Positions 49,891 to 63,746 are shown, counted from the whole stretch's first letter. The stretch: DNA of 63,894 nt, filler included, from Octopus bimaculoides (GCF_001194135.2; 6 parts of 5 records of this genome joined end to end with filler, not necessarily neighbours in it); one strand, 5' to 3'. Translations and numbers: made by a program. Notes: generated from the letters alone by a model not told the origin.

Positions 49891-51182
49891 NNNNNNNNNN
49901 NNNNNNNNNNNNNNNNNNNNNNNNNNNNNNNNNNNNNNNNNNNNNNNNNNNNNNNNNNNNNNNNNNNNNNNNNNNNNNNNNNNNNNNNNNNNNNNNNNNN
50001 NNNNNNNNNNNNNNNNNNNNNNNNNNNNNNNNNNNNNNNNNNNNNNNNNNNNNNNNNNNNNNNNNNNNNNNNNNNNNNNNNNNNNNNNNNNNNNNNNNNN
50101 NNNNNNNNNNNNNNNNNNNNNNNNNNNNNNNNNNNNNNNNNNNNNNNNNNNNNNNNNNNNNNNNNNNNNNNNNNNNNNNNNNNNNNNNNNNNNNNNNNNN
50201 NNNNNNNNNNNNNNNNNNNNNNNNNNNNNNNNNNNNNNNNNNNNNNNNNNNNNNNNNNNNNNNNNNNNNNNNNNNNNNNNNNNNNNNNNNNNNNNNNNNN
50301 NNNNNNNNNNNNNNNNNNNNNNNNNNNNNNNNNNNNNNNNNNNNNNNNNNNNNNNNNNNNNNNNNNNNNNNNNNNNNNNNNNNNNNNNNNNNNNNNNNNN
50401 NNNNNNNNNNNNNNNNNNNNNNNNNNNNNNNNNNNNNNNNNNNNNNNNNNNNNNNNNNNNNNNNNNNNNNNNNNNNNNNNNNNNNNNNNNNNNNNNNNNN
50501 NNNNNNNNNNNNNTGGTGGTGGCAAAGGTGGTGGTGGTGGTGGCAAAGGTGGCGGTGGTGGCAAAGGTGGTGGTGGTGGCAAAGGTGGTGGTGGTGATGG
50601 TGATGGAGATGGTGGTGGCGCTGATGGCGGTTTTTGCTCCAGCTTTGATCTCCACTTCACATCTAATGCAACAGTTGCATATGTCATTGTTCTGTTGTGT
50701 ATTTGCCAAATTGGAAATGGCTATAGTGCGCCAAACTTTACAAATCCACAGTCCTCTGATGTTTAATTCAAATTAGACGGCTCTTCAAACAATGTCCGCT
50801 CACTTGAACCATGAAACGTGGTCGTTCTGGAGGGAATTTCTAGACAAACTTCATTGTTCTAGAATATTCTAATAACGAGGATAATTTTGTTATTCTGTTT
50901 CACTCTCATTATTTCTATCTCTCCCTCTGTCTCTCTCTCTCTCTCTCTCATTCTCTTCATCTTTCTCTAACCTCTCTTTTTTTTCCCTCTCTTTTAGGCA
51001 GTCAATTGGTCTGTTTCGCTCTTTTTCTTATCATACATACCTACATACATATATATATATATATATACATACATATATATGTGTATACTTTACTTTTTAT
51101 AATCAGTTATAATAAAAACAGCAGTCTGATGATGATTTAAATGGTCGAATCGTCGAAGTCACTGTCAACAATATTTTTGCTA

Positions 51183-51233
<51 letters not shown>

Positions 51234-51827
51234 GATAATGATAATAATAATATATATATATATATACATACATACCNNNNNNNNNNNNNNNNNNNNNNNN
51301 NNNNNNNNNNNNNNNNNNNNNNNNNNNNNNNNNNNNNNNNNNNNNNNNNNNNNNNNNNNNNNNNNNNNNNNNNNNNNNNNNNNNNNNNNNNNNNNNNNNN
51401 NNNNNNNNNNNNNNNNNNNNNNNNNNNNNNNNNNNNNNNNNNNNNNNNNNNNNNNNNNNNNNNNNNNNNNNNNNNNNNNNNNNNNNNNNNNNNNNNNNNN
51501 NNNNNNNNNNNNNNNNNNNNNNNNNNNNNNNNNNNNNNNNNNNNNNNNNNNNNNNNNNNNNNNNNNNNNNNNNNNNNNNNNNNNNNNNNNNNNNNNNNNN
51601 NNNNNNNNNNNNNNNNNNNNNNNNNNNNNNNNNNNNNNNNNNNNNNNNNNNNNNNNNNNNNNNNNNNNNNNNNNNNNNNNNNNNNNNNNNNNNNNNNNNN
51701 NNNNNNNNNNNNNNNNNNNNNNNNNNNNNNNNNNNNNNNNNNNNNNNNNNNNNNNNNNNNNNNNNNNNNNNNNNNNNNNNNNNNNNNNNNNNNNNNNNNN
51801 NNNNNNNTATATATATATATATATATA

Positions 51828-52811
51828 TGTATATATGCCAAGTTCAAAAATGGAGATTCGGACCTCAAGGACGCACCTCGTTCTGGCCGTCCATTTGAGT
51901 TCGATGAAGAGCGATTAAACCAAATTTTGCACGAAAATTCTCTTCAAATGACAAGGGAACTAGAAGAGAAAATGGAATGCTCCCACACTGCTATAGAGAC
52001 GCATCTTCACTCGATGGGAAAGGTTCAGAAGTATGGAGCATGGGTTCCGCATGCTTTAAGTGAACAGAAGTCAACGAGCCACAATCTCCACTGGTTTGCT
52101 TGCTCGTCACCGCTCAACTCATGGATACAAGCAACGATTTCTTTACTGAATCGTTACAGGCGACGAAAAATGGTGCCTTTACATCAATATGAAGCAGCGT
52201 AAGGAATGGCTTAGCCCCGGTAAACAAAGGAACACTGCGCATGAAACAAGATCTTCATCCGCGTAAAACGATGTTTTGCGTATGGTGGGACTGAGAAGGG
52301 ATTATCCATTACGAATTGCTTGAGCGGAACCAAATGGTCAACACAGAACTCTATGTTCAACAGATGGAACGACTCAACATGGTTATCCAAGAGAAAAGAC
52401 CTAATCGGCAGCATGGAGTTCTTCTGCTGCACGACAAGGCCCGCCCTCATATCGCCAATATGACCAAGGAAGCTATTCATACGCATGGCTGGGAAGTGCT
52501 GCCACAAACGCCGTACTCTCCTGATTTGGTACCAACGGATTTCCACCTGTTTTGAACTCTTTGTAATGTTATGTGCGGAGTTTCGTTCAATGCTGATGCA
52601 GAATTGAGAGCTTGGTTGGATCAATTTTTCGAGTCGAAATCTGGTGATTTCTACCAACGAGGTATTGAAAATCTTGTTGAATGTTGAGAATAAGTTGTAA
52701 ATAACAAGGGTGAATACATTATTGATTAATTATTTGTTATGTTTTATTAAACCTTTAAAAAAAAATTTAGTTTTAAAAAAAAACGGCGGGGACTTAGTTG
52801 CCAACCCAATA
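51828..52811 (+). mobile_element. Mariner transposon remnant with 3' TIR
   Basis: KFKNGD.DLKDAPRSGRP, WVPHALSE, TGDEKW, LLHDKARPH, PYSPDLVPTDFHLF. Ends ...ttagttgccaacccaata, a typical mariner TIR plus TA. Contains stops and frameshifts; the 5' end is lost in a gap. Confidence 0.95.
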
Positions 52812-52937
52812 GAAGATATATATCTGCGTGAAACAGGGTTGAAAAGAATATATTCGTTCGAGTCAAACTGAACGGGATCAGGTGTATTCCGACGTGTTTA
52901 GAACATTCGATCTCCGGGACAAAAATCTCTACCTAGA

Positions 52938-53046
52938 CCAATGTGAAAAGAAATGGTAGGTGGAGAGATGGAGACGTTTGTATTATATAAAAAGGCGCGT
53001 CTCTGCTCCGCTCCAATCCATCACATACAATTCCAAATTTGTAAGT
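52938..53046 (+). promoter_or_regulatory. Candidate CCAAT/TATA promoter with short non-coding first exon
   Basis: CCAAT at 52938, TATATAAAAAGG at 52984-52995, a pyrimidine-rich initiator zone about 30 bp downstream, and a GTAAGT donor at 53041. No downstream coding exon was identified. Confidence 0.3.
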
Positions 53047-53527
53047 CGCATGTGTTTTTGCATATGACTAGCTGGAGGAATTTTCTCCGCAGCTAAACGT
53101 CTCCTCACGTTCGAATACATTCCAACGTTTTAAATCTGATTTACACGAATATTTTACACTTGTTTCATATATCAAAATCCCTTACGTTCCCCGGTCACTG
53201 CGGCAGCCATGCTGGGGCACAGCCTTGAAGGGTTCAGGGAAACAAATCAATCTCAGCTTTTTTTAAGCCAGACATTCTTTCGTTCACTTCAGTCGAAACG
53301 CTGAGTTACGGGGGCATAATTAAACCAACACTAAACGTCTAGCAGTGAGCACACACACACACACACACACGCATACACACAGACAGACTCCTACCCACGA
53401 ACACACACATACATACATGTATGCAATGGGTTTTTATTTTCTGATTACCATATCCACTTCTGTAGGCCTGGAGCTATAGCAGAAGCCACTTGCCCACGTT
53501 TCTACGCAGTGAGATTGAACCTGCAGC

Positions 53528-53860
53528 AAAAGGGGTTTAGCTCCCAACGATATTCATGCTGACATGGTTGCTACCTTAGAGGAGAGCACTCTAATTTTAT
53601 CAACAGTGCAAAAATGGGCCGTCGGATTTGAAAGGAGGACGAAAAGTCATGAAGTTGACCCAAGGTCCAGACGGCCTACAACTGCCATCACCGCGAAAAA
53701 CGTTGATCTTATTAACCACATTGTGACAGATGGCTAACGGTTGACTATAAATCAAATAGCTAATGCTATTAGCATATCCCGTGACATAGTTGAGAATATT
53801 CTGCGCAATGAGCATGGCATGACGAAAGTTTCTATTCGGTGGGTGCAGATCTTCTGACAC
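53528..53860 (+). mobile_element. Second-family mariner transposase N-terminal remnant
   Basis: KGLAPNDIHADMVATL, TVQKWA..F.R, DPRSRRPTTAIT..NVD, RLTINQIANAISIS, GMTKVSIRWV. Confidence 0.88.
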
Positions 53861-54229
53861 ATGAGAAGACCCAGCGTTTCTCTGTTTATCGTAAAGGTGG
53901 TTGCATCATCTGTCAGGCATAAGGAATCACCAACAACTGGCGGATGCAGCTTCGCACTGCTACAGCACATGCTCCTATGCTACAACCACTTCTTTTCTTT
54001 AAATGTTACTTTCTCGGTGTTCGTTTTGTGTATCCTCTAAATTTTATTTATATTTTTATCCATTAATTTATTTATCACAATTTCGTTTCTCACCCATGTA
54101 AAACATTAAACATCTTTTTTTGCGAATATTTCAAATATTTCTTTCCATTTTTCGATGGTTCCGATTCTTCCAGAAACGATAAAAAAATATATATAAATAA
54201 AAACATATATTTCCTCACCGCCTTCTGCA

Positions 54230-54938
54230 GGTTTCATTTTCACTCTATTTCTTTCTACATATTTCTTTCATATAGTTCTTCGTTTCTTCATATTCTTCTC
54301 TTTGTTTCCTTCCTTCGTTCTTTTACTTTTCCTTCCTTTCCTTTTTCGCATTGTTTTTCATTCTTCTTTCCTTCTTTTATTCTTTCTTTCATTCTTTCAT
54401 TCTTTCATTCGTCTTTCTTTCATTCTCCCATTCTTTCTTTCTTCCATTCTTTCTTCCTTTCTTTCTTTTTTCTTTTTTCTCCCATTCTTTTTTTCTTTCT
54501 TCCTTTCTTCCTTTCTTTCTTTCTTTCTTCTTTTTTCCATTCTTTCTTTCTTTCCTTCTTTCTATCTTTATTCAATTCTTCCTTTCTTTCTTTCTACCAT
54601 TCTTCCATTATTTCTTTCTTTCTTACTACCTTTCATTCTTTCTTTCTTCCATTCTTTCCTTCCTTTTTTTCTTTCTTTCTTCCTTCCTTCCTTCCTTCCT
54701 TCCATTCTTTCTTTATTTCTTTCTTTCTTTATTTCTTTCTTTCTTTATTTCTTTCTTTCTTTCTTTCTTTCTTTCTTTATTTCTTTCTTTCTTTCTTTCT
54801 TTCTTTCTTTACACTCCCTTTCTTTTATTCCTTCTATCCTACCTTCTTTGCTTTTTATATTTAATCTTCAAAAGCCATTTGGAACTTCTCATATTCTCAT
54901 ATTCTTTGACTAACGTTTGTCTTTCTTACTCTCCCATA

Positions 54939-54969
<31 letters not shown>

Positions 54970-55010
54970 CTTCTTCTTCTTCTTCTCCTCCTCCTCCTCC
55001 TCCTCCTTCT
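54230..55010. repeat. About 780-bp polypyrimidine (TTTC/TTCC/TTC/CCT) tract
   Basis: Directly visible. Confidence 0.97.
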
Positions 55011-58000
55011 CCTCGACCTCCCATTCTTCAACACGTCACTTGCATTTATTAATGAAACTTGCCATTGTCTTTCGCCATATATTTCTATATGTTCCTCTTT
55101 CCTTTTTCCTCTTTCTTTCCTCTTTCGCTATACCATCATTCGTCTCTTGTACAATATTAACAAAACTACAAAACACTCATATTTTGACGTTTATTCAATT
55201 TATTGCAGCACATATTTTTCTTGTTCCTAATCAAACCTAATTATTAGGCATTTCTAATATTGCCACAGGACCATCTATTGAAAAGGAAAGAGAGTGACAC
55301 AGAAAGAGAGAGAAGGAGAGATAGTAAGAGGGGGAGAGAGAGAGCACATACACTTAAATAGACCCCGGTTGTTCATTAGATTTTTATTTTTTTATTTTTA
55401 TGCAAAAATCTAAGGAGGAGCGGCAAGGTCGAGTTTAACACTCAGCAAAATTCTAATTCATATCGGAAAACATAAAAGAACATAGCTAAACGCTATATAA
55501 ACTTGTTTCGTTGCGCCATGAAATATATAAATGTGATAAAATTGTCTCGCATACGTACAACGCACACAAGGCACGCATACACACGCACACATACACGCAC
55601 GCACGCACAAACACACAGAGAGTATATAAATATGTGTGGTGCGTATGTTAGACCATTTTATGAATCCTTTAGGTAATGCTTACATACATACATGCATACA
55701 CACATACATATATATATATGTATATATAAATAAATAAATATATATATATAGAGAGAGATAGATAGATAGATAGATATGCATATATATATANNNNNNNNNN
55801 NNNNNNNNNNNNNNNNNNNNNNNNNNNNNNNNNNTTAATTAATTAANNNNNNNNNNNNNNNNNNNNNNNNNNNNNNNNNNNNNNNNNNNNTATATATATA
55901 TTTATATATATGTATGTATGTATGTATGTATACATATACATATATGTGTGTGTGGGTGTATATATATATGAATATGCATGAAACTCCACCTAGCTGAGCA
56001 ATATATAATTTAATACATACTACAAGGCTTACCATAAAACTGGATCTCGCGTTTTTGGGGGGTTTTGGTATGAGACTTATTAATATATCTGAATGAGTGG
56101 ATCAATATCTCCATCATCATCACATTTTGTTGATGTCATATACAAGATATCAACTGTATCAGTATGTACTTTCGAGACAAATATAGCCAAGATGCCCTAT
56201 TCAATCCGATGAGATTTACTGCCCAGGTCGGCCGGCTTAGATTATAAATGTAAGGAGAAACAATCTTCACAGTCAGTGATGATTCATATGCAAAGTCTGG
56301 CGGGTAATACGACCGATCTAATTGCTGTTTCATTAGAGCTTTTCCTAACAGTCATGCTTTAACATAAGCTAGGTTTGCATCACTGCAATGGTCTTATTGT
56401 GCCTTGATTACAAGCCTGTATTTTCTAATTCACCATATTTCCAGGTATCGTCCACATTTTATTGGAGGTTCTGTAATTTTTACACGTATTGAATATGTTT
56501 TGCATGGTTCCAAATTATTGTCCTCAGTAGTAAGCCTAGTGAAGTATTTGGATTTGTTGCCACCAACCCGGCTAGGCAAAAGATTTTATGGCGGGTTATT
56601 CGCATCAACGGCCGACCATCCAACTGCCTCAAGATGCATATAGGGTGTGGATTATGTGCCTGAGATCCATCCATGCAAAGAGGTGTAATGGGAAACATGT
56701 TAACAATATTTTTCAAGAGCGTCTTTATATTGAGGTTTCATTCTAACAAAAATTAAACTCCTTCATATTAAAGACTTCTAATGCATACATTTAAGGAGTG
56801 TACTTATTTGAAGCAACATAATTATTTTTTAGTAAAATGTAAATTGTTTTCATAATAAAAATACAGGGTCAGTAACCCAAGAAATGGAAACAATTCTGGA
56901 AGTATTTTCCGTTAGGTTAAATGTTGAATACACTGTTATCAATTAGGATTTCGTCTAGCAAAAAATAAGAGAAAATCATGATTCCATTTGTCTTGATGTT
57001 ACTGTATTGATTAATAAATATACTGAACAGTGAGTATATATCATTAATTCATCTTCATATTTGGGTTTATTTAAAATGTAATTAACGATATTCACTTTGC
57101 CCCCAGTTCATAATCTCAATATTCGTCCCCGCGTTAATCAATAGATATCGTTATCGCTACTTATCTATTTCAAGCAAATGACATTAACGAGACAGGTTGA
57201 ATTAAGGTCAGTAAAATGTATAATGTATTTCCAGTCCATATCTGGCAACTATGACCTGCTCTTCTCTATTATGCAAACATGTTGTTATAATTTAGAGATA
57301 ATGTTATTATTTATTCAAACCTTTCGCCTTTATCCCAATAAACATGAAGCAGTGTGCTTATTCAATCTTTAGAAATCTAGCTAAAGTTTCACTAAATTCA
57401 ATTTACATTAAACAAGAGATTGTTATAAATTTTGTAAAAAAATAACGAAATCATTTAACTGTGATCAGCTCCACAATACGGCCCAAAATATAATCTGGCT
57501 CCATATATATTTTGATGGTTTATTGATTATACTTGTTAAGTTCGTCAGAAAATGTATTTGCCATGAGATGCTTAAGTTTATATTTCATTTTGAGTCAATC
57601 TTCGAGGATATTCGAAACGCATTCAGAAGTATGTGGACTACAGAGTTTCACTTTTGTGCTTGAAGCTGCTGGCGTATATTTATTTATAACCACATTATTA
57701 AAAAATAGTCATATATGATTTCTGATCAGATAGTCCAGAGTTCTGAGGTAAAACGGCAAGTAACAGACTAAATTGATATAGAACATGTCACGATGTCTTC
57801 ATTTTGATTTCATTAATTTTTTAGGTTACAAGACAGGCCATCCCGAAATAGGGATGATTAATTTTTTTTTTAATTGAACATGAGGAACGCAATTCCCATT
57901 CTCCGTAATATCGAACCTAAATCATATACGCATCCCACAAAATGTTAAATATTAGTTGGCATTATCAAAATTTGTGCTTGAAAATGAATCACTTCACATC

Positions 58001-59036
58001 CTGATAATTTTCGATACAGTGAATCACATGACTATACAATCAAATAGATCTCTTTTTAGCAATAGAGATTGGGAATTTTTCAAACTTATGGCTTTTAGAT
58101 GTATGAACTTAGGTATCGCACACATATCTTCGGCGTTTGCACTCATTTACTTATTTATTTTGATTTAAAATTTTTTTTGTAAAATTTTCGTTGAGGCTTG
58201 CAACCTTTTCATATATATATATATATATGTATATAGTATGCACGTTTGTATATACTTATATTAAGGGAGGAAAACGACCTATCAACATGCTTAAAAATAT
58301 ATACTTATTAATTTAAAGTATAAATTACCTATAATTGTATATTGCATACTGACTACCTGATAAAAATCATTAACGTGATTTTATCCTTATATTCTCTTAC
58401 AAATTAATAAATGAAATAAAATAATAAAATTATTTTTACGCCAGATCGGAATAGCATTTCATGCGGAGCTATTTTGATAACATACTGGTAGTCGTCGTGA
58501 AAAGACATAAATCTTACATATCTTTGATCTATAGGTGCAAATATTTGTATGTAGACGTGCAAATCTACTATGTACGGGTATGTATAATTGTTTGTATTTA
58601 TATTTCTCGTGTATTGTGTTCACGAAGAAAAAAAAAGGCTGTTTTATGGCTTTAATCCAGAAATTAGACCCACTTCAGAATGAACGTGATTTCTTTCTAA
58701 TATTTTTTCACTCGCCCGACAACAATCCGTATATATTTTGGAGATTTTCATTGGTATCTGTATGCCTCGGGATTTTCAGGCATGCTCCCGCCCTCGCTCC
58801 CCATAATTATATATATATATACATCATATATATATTTATATATATATNNNNNNNNNNNNNNNNNNNNNNNNNNNNNNNNNNNNNNNNNNNNNNNNNNNNN
58901 NNNNNNNNNNNNNNNNNNNNNNNNNNNNNNNNNNNNNNNNNNNNNNNNNNNNNNNNNNNNNNNNNNNNNNNNNNNNNNNNNNNNNNNNNNNNNNNNNNNC
59001 GAGAGACAGAAAAGGTAATGATACCTACAAGCCTAT

Positions 59037-59068
<32 letters not shown>

Positions 59069-59615
59069 ACACATATATATATATATGTATATATATGCAC
59101 ATATGTGTATATGTGTGTATGTGTTTAATGTATATGTATGTAGTAACATATATGTAGTAACATTTATCTATAGAAAAGATGCTGCGAATAATCATATACA
59201 CAAAGACGTAGTCACAATTTTCTTTATTCTCTCTCATTCTCGCCCACTGTCCTAGACACATAATTATAGAGAAGTGCAAAACTAGAAATGCTGCAACTAG
59301 TCGAACATTATATACGAACTGATATAACATGAGAGTGCTATTTTCGTTGTCTTTGTAGGCGTTGACTATTTTTACAAAACTACCGTGTATTATGATTTGT
59401 GTCTACAAAAGTCAGCGAAGTAAAGGAGCTTAATTACATGTGAGAATCTTTAAATATTGATCTTGCAACTGGAATTTGTTTGTACGTCATATAAATGTTA
59501 CCTATTTTCCTTTCAAGAATCTTTCTGTCGGAAGAATATAATTTTTTTACTGCATTAATTATGATGAAGGTGATGATGAAGAAGGTCGACGACGACGATG
59601 AAAATGATGATGAGG

Positions 59616-59650
<35 letters not shown>

Positions 59651-60459
59651 NNNNNNNNNNATAATAATAATAATAATGATAATTACAATAATAATGATGA
59701 TGATGATTATGATGATGATGTTGATATAATTCTTATAAACCCTTAAGCCGTAGTAGTTAGACTGTCCTTACTGAAATAGGTGTAGTATAATAATTTAAGT
59801 TTTGCTTCAAAGCAGAAACGTATATATTAATCGGATGAATTTCAAATTGTATGAGGGGGAATTTACACCGATTGGAAAATGTTTATGTATTTGATGTGCA
59901 ATGACATGTGAAGGAAAATAAATTATTTATTTAATGAATGCGATCTCTGAAATTTAATATAATTGTCTGCGTCACTAGAATTTTGCAGAGAACCCCCTCC
60001 CCCCCACACGCATGCACAAAAATAATCTCGTAAATATTGGTGATCTGTACACTATTTGTCTATTATAACCGTCTTTATTCAGGGAGAATGTAGACAGCAG
60101 TTGCTACAATGGAGACTTGGTTTCTGAAGTTGTATTAGCGTCTCTGTGATTTCTCTGCAAGGCAGAAACCATAAATGGTTATGCACCACAATAATGAACA
60201 TTAATTCGTCACCACTCAGATCACATAATATATCCGTACGTTGAATTCCGTTGGGTTCTAAAGGGTGAATGTTATAGGAGTACTCAATAGATATTGTAGA
60301 GGATATTTTTTTTTTATTGAAAGAATTCTCAACTTCTTGTCTGAGGATTGCAGTGGCGGGAAACGCAAGACACGAGTTTTAGATTCAATAGTACAAATAT
60401 ATGTCTGTGTCTGGGTATGTGTGTGTGTATATATATGCATACAAACATACGGAGAGTGA

Positions 60460-60775
60460 AAGTGCAGGGTTCAGGTTTTAGAGCATCCGTCTCAACAATC
60501 AAGAAGTAGGGGCTTCGGATCCTGGACCGAGCTGCGTGCTGTGTTCATGAGCAAGACATTGTATTTTACATTGCTCCACTTCATTCAGCTGTGCAAAGCT
60601 CCATCGTCGTTTGCCTTTGCCTTGGATAACAATGGTGGCGACGAGACGGAAGGCTAGCATGCATGGCTGACTGCTAGTTTTAAACAAACAACCTTGCCCG
60701 GAATCGTGTCTCAGAGGAAATTTCTTGGCGCAATCCCGTGGGCATTCATGACTGGAGGGGGTCTTCACCTCTTCA
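60460..60775 (+). mobile_element. Degenerate family C SINE
   Basis: ggaccgagctgcgtgctgtgttcatgagcaagacattg...aaacaaccttgccc matches 25748-26000. Confidence 0.8.
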
Positions 60776-60974
60776 GATCTACATCTATTTTTTATATCTA
60801 TCTATCTCTATACACACACACACACACACACACACATACACACACACACACACACACANNNNNNNNNNNNNNNNNNNNNNNNNNNNNNNNNNNNNNNNNN
60901 NNNNNNNNNNNNNNNNNNNNNNNNNNNNNNNNNNNNNNNNNNNNNNNNNNNNNNNNNNNNNTATATATATATAT

Positions 60975-61830
60975 ATGGTAGTTGCCTAGTTGCCTACTCC
61001 TTATACAGAGTTTTCCACCTCTTGTACCTATACCTTAGCACCATCATGGTCTCTGATGTGGCTTTTTAAACCAGACAATGTTCTGAAACTTCACCCACAT
61101 AGATTGCACCTCTGATTGTTACCACTAATACCTGCAGATAAATTCTGGTCATTGTGTATTCTAAGAGGCCTCCGTTGGATTTGCAAACTTTCTGGCATAC
61201 ACCGCATTCAAAGGTGTGCACAGACATATAGTCAAAATAGTTAGTGGTATTTCATCTTCCGTACGCTCGCAGATGAGAGATTTGAAGCCAGCCAAAGAAA
61301 GGCATGGTCTGTCACAGACTGTGCACACAAAAGGTCATTGTCATTCACCTTCTCGATCGTTACCTTCTTCCTTAGATCAGTTTTGAATCTTACTTGCATT
61401 ATCCTGGCCTCTTGAAATGATTTTACTCCACTCCACACCTTTGTTCGCCATCCAACTCGATCCGAAGCAAGGGTTTCTATATCTTCTTGAACCATTCCAA
61501 GTGACTACATAGTAGTCTTTATGCTGTTCTTAAGCCTTTTTTAGATTTACGCCGATAGCCTGTCCCCTCCGCAAGCTCACCAGCTGTTTCGGCATGCGTT
61601 CATCTGCCATTCGAACAATATGGCCACACCATCTCAAAATCATAACATTAATTGAGGTAATGCCTGCAAATGCAAGTACGTCTGTGTTTGGAATAAAACA
61701 ACTCCATTTCATTTTTAAAATGCGATGAAGGGATTTTAGGTGGAATTGTTCTAACAGTTTAAGATGCCTTTCATAACAAGTCCAAGTTTCACCGGAATAC
61801 AAGGATAGTAAGACAAATGGTTTCTAAAGA
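60975..61830 (-). mobile_element. RTE-clade LINE 3' fragment ending in three C2H2-type fingers
   Basis: YSGETWTCYERHLKLLEQFHLKSLHRIL...LRWCGHIVRMADERMPKQL; then FVCTVCDRPCLSLAGFKSH, FECGVCQKVCKSNGGL...H and RCNLCG.SFRTLSGLKSHIRDH. Confidence 0.88.
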
Positions 61831-61937
61831 GCCAGCTTTATATTCTTATTTATATTTCACTGGCACTAAACGCACCAAAATGTCAGTAAATATGTATATA
61901 TCTTTTTTTTTTATGTGTATATATGTATAATTTTTCG

Positions 61938-61969
<32 letters not shown>

Positions 61970-62089
61970 NNNNNNNNNNNNNNNNNNNNNNNNNNNNNNN
62001 NNNNNNNNNNNNNTTAATTAATTAANNNNNNNNNNNNNNNNNNNNNNNNNNNNNNNNNNNNNNNNNNNNGCCACACATTTAAATTTAAC

Positions 62090-63330
62090 AACAAATTATA
62101 CGCCCAGGACGAGGGGGCAGCCATCGGTGTTAGTATCGCCGGTGATGTGGCCAACCTTTTCATGGTTGGTGGGACAGAAGGCTTAAGGAATGCCTGACAC
62201 AGAACTCCATACTCGTGAACATGTACTCTCGCTACGTCAATGATATCAATGTAGTAGTAAAGGCACCCCCACAAGAGAGTACTCTTGAAATAAAAATAGA
62301 AACTAATACTATGGAGAGCATCCAGCAAATAGCTAACTCCATCCACCAGAGTATTAAGGTTACGATAGACTACCCTACTAAACACCCTAATCATAGATTA
62401 CCTGTACTAGATACTGAACTCTGGCTAGAAACTGAGAATAATAAAACCCGAATCCTCCATTCACACTATGCAAAACCTATGGTCTCCAAATATCTGATCC
62501 ACTGGAACTCGGCTATTGCGGACAATGCCAAATTCAATATATTGATGGCAGACCTCGTCAAAGTAATGCGAAATGTGTCCTACATGTGCAACCCTACAGA
62601 GTTAAAGAAATACATACAACAGTTCGTTCACCACATGCAGTTCTCAGTTTACAGCCATAAAGAAAGGATCACAGTATACAAAGGAGCTATGAGGAAATTT
62701 TAAACCATCAAAAATAGCAATAAGAATAGGATTTTCCCACTTTATAGGAGCAAATCATGGAACACCATTGAGAGGATTAAGAAGAAAATAGGGAAAGCCA
62801 ACTCATGGTATGATAGCCACAAATACCAGAGCGTCATGTTCGTCGACACCACCCCTAGAGGTGAACTGGTGTACCGCTTTAGAAGGGCCCTAGACAAACT
62901 TAAGCTAAGGATTAAGGTTGTTGAAAGGCCAGGCAACCCTATCAAATCCCTTATCGGTAGAACATACCCATTTAGTAGAACCCCCTGTACTGATAGGAAC
63001 TGTACTGTATGTAGATTTATCCCACAAACAAACTGTAAAGCCAGAAATGTAGTCTATAGTATAAGATGTACAGAGAGATGATGCAGTAACAAGACAACGA
63101 CATACGTAGAGGAAATGGCACAGAGCATAGGAGAGCAAGTAAATGAACATTGGAGAGAACTTAAGGAAGGGAAGAGCTCATCAGTTCTGTACCAACACGC
63201 CGAGCAGGAACACGGAGGCTCACTCAACAACATAGAAGTTAAAATCTTGTCCTCACAGAACAGACGCAAGGCTTAGACAAATTACAAAAGCTACACACAT
63301 AATAGAAGATAAACCTAACTTGGAATGGAA
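62090..63330 (+). mobile_element. Penelope-like element: RT, Cys linker and GIY-YIG endonuclease (degenerate)
   Basis: FKFNNKLYAQDEGAAIG (Q..G.AMG), YSRYVND (RYVDD), LPVLD, PCTDRNCTVC, NVVYSIRC, YVEE...EQVNEH. Contains in-frame stops; the 5' end is cut by a scaffold join. Confidence 0.92.
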
Positions 63331-63746
63331 CACTAGCACACACCCCCAACACACCACAACATATGACAGAATAAGATCCCCATAAACTGATAACAATATG
63401 AACAAAATATAATACAATACACAGATAAACAAATAAAATTAAATAACTATATACGTTAACAAAATAAAATAAAATTAAATACAAACAAAAAAAAAGAAAG
63501 AATAAAAAAAATAATAAGTAGGTATAAACACATGAACAAATAAATAAAAACAAATTAAACGACCGTGTATAAACAGAGGATACAGATAATATAGGCACTC
63601 CCCATACACACACGCACGCACTTACTAAACATAGACACACATAGGGGGATACGTATGCGCAAATATAGACACATATAATAGGAATACAAAATACAAAATG
63701 GCTGATCATTAGTAAGGAAAGACACACAAATAAGAAAGAAAGCAAA

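Noticed and set aside
50513-50766. Gly/Lys-rich GGGGK ORF
   Set aside because: It derives from a (GGT)n microsatellite with a 15-bp unit. There is no visible start or splice support, and the 5' side is a gap.
59359-59420. Plus-strand candidate exon GVDYFYKTTVYYDLCLQKSA
   Set aside because: The acceptor is plausible, but it is short with no partner exons or recognisable homology.
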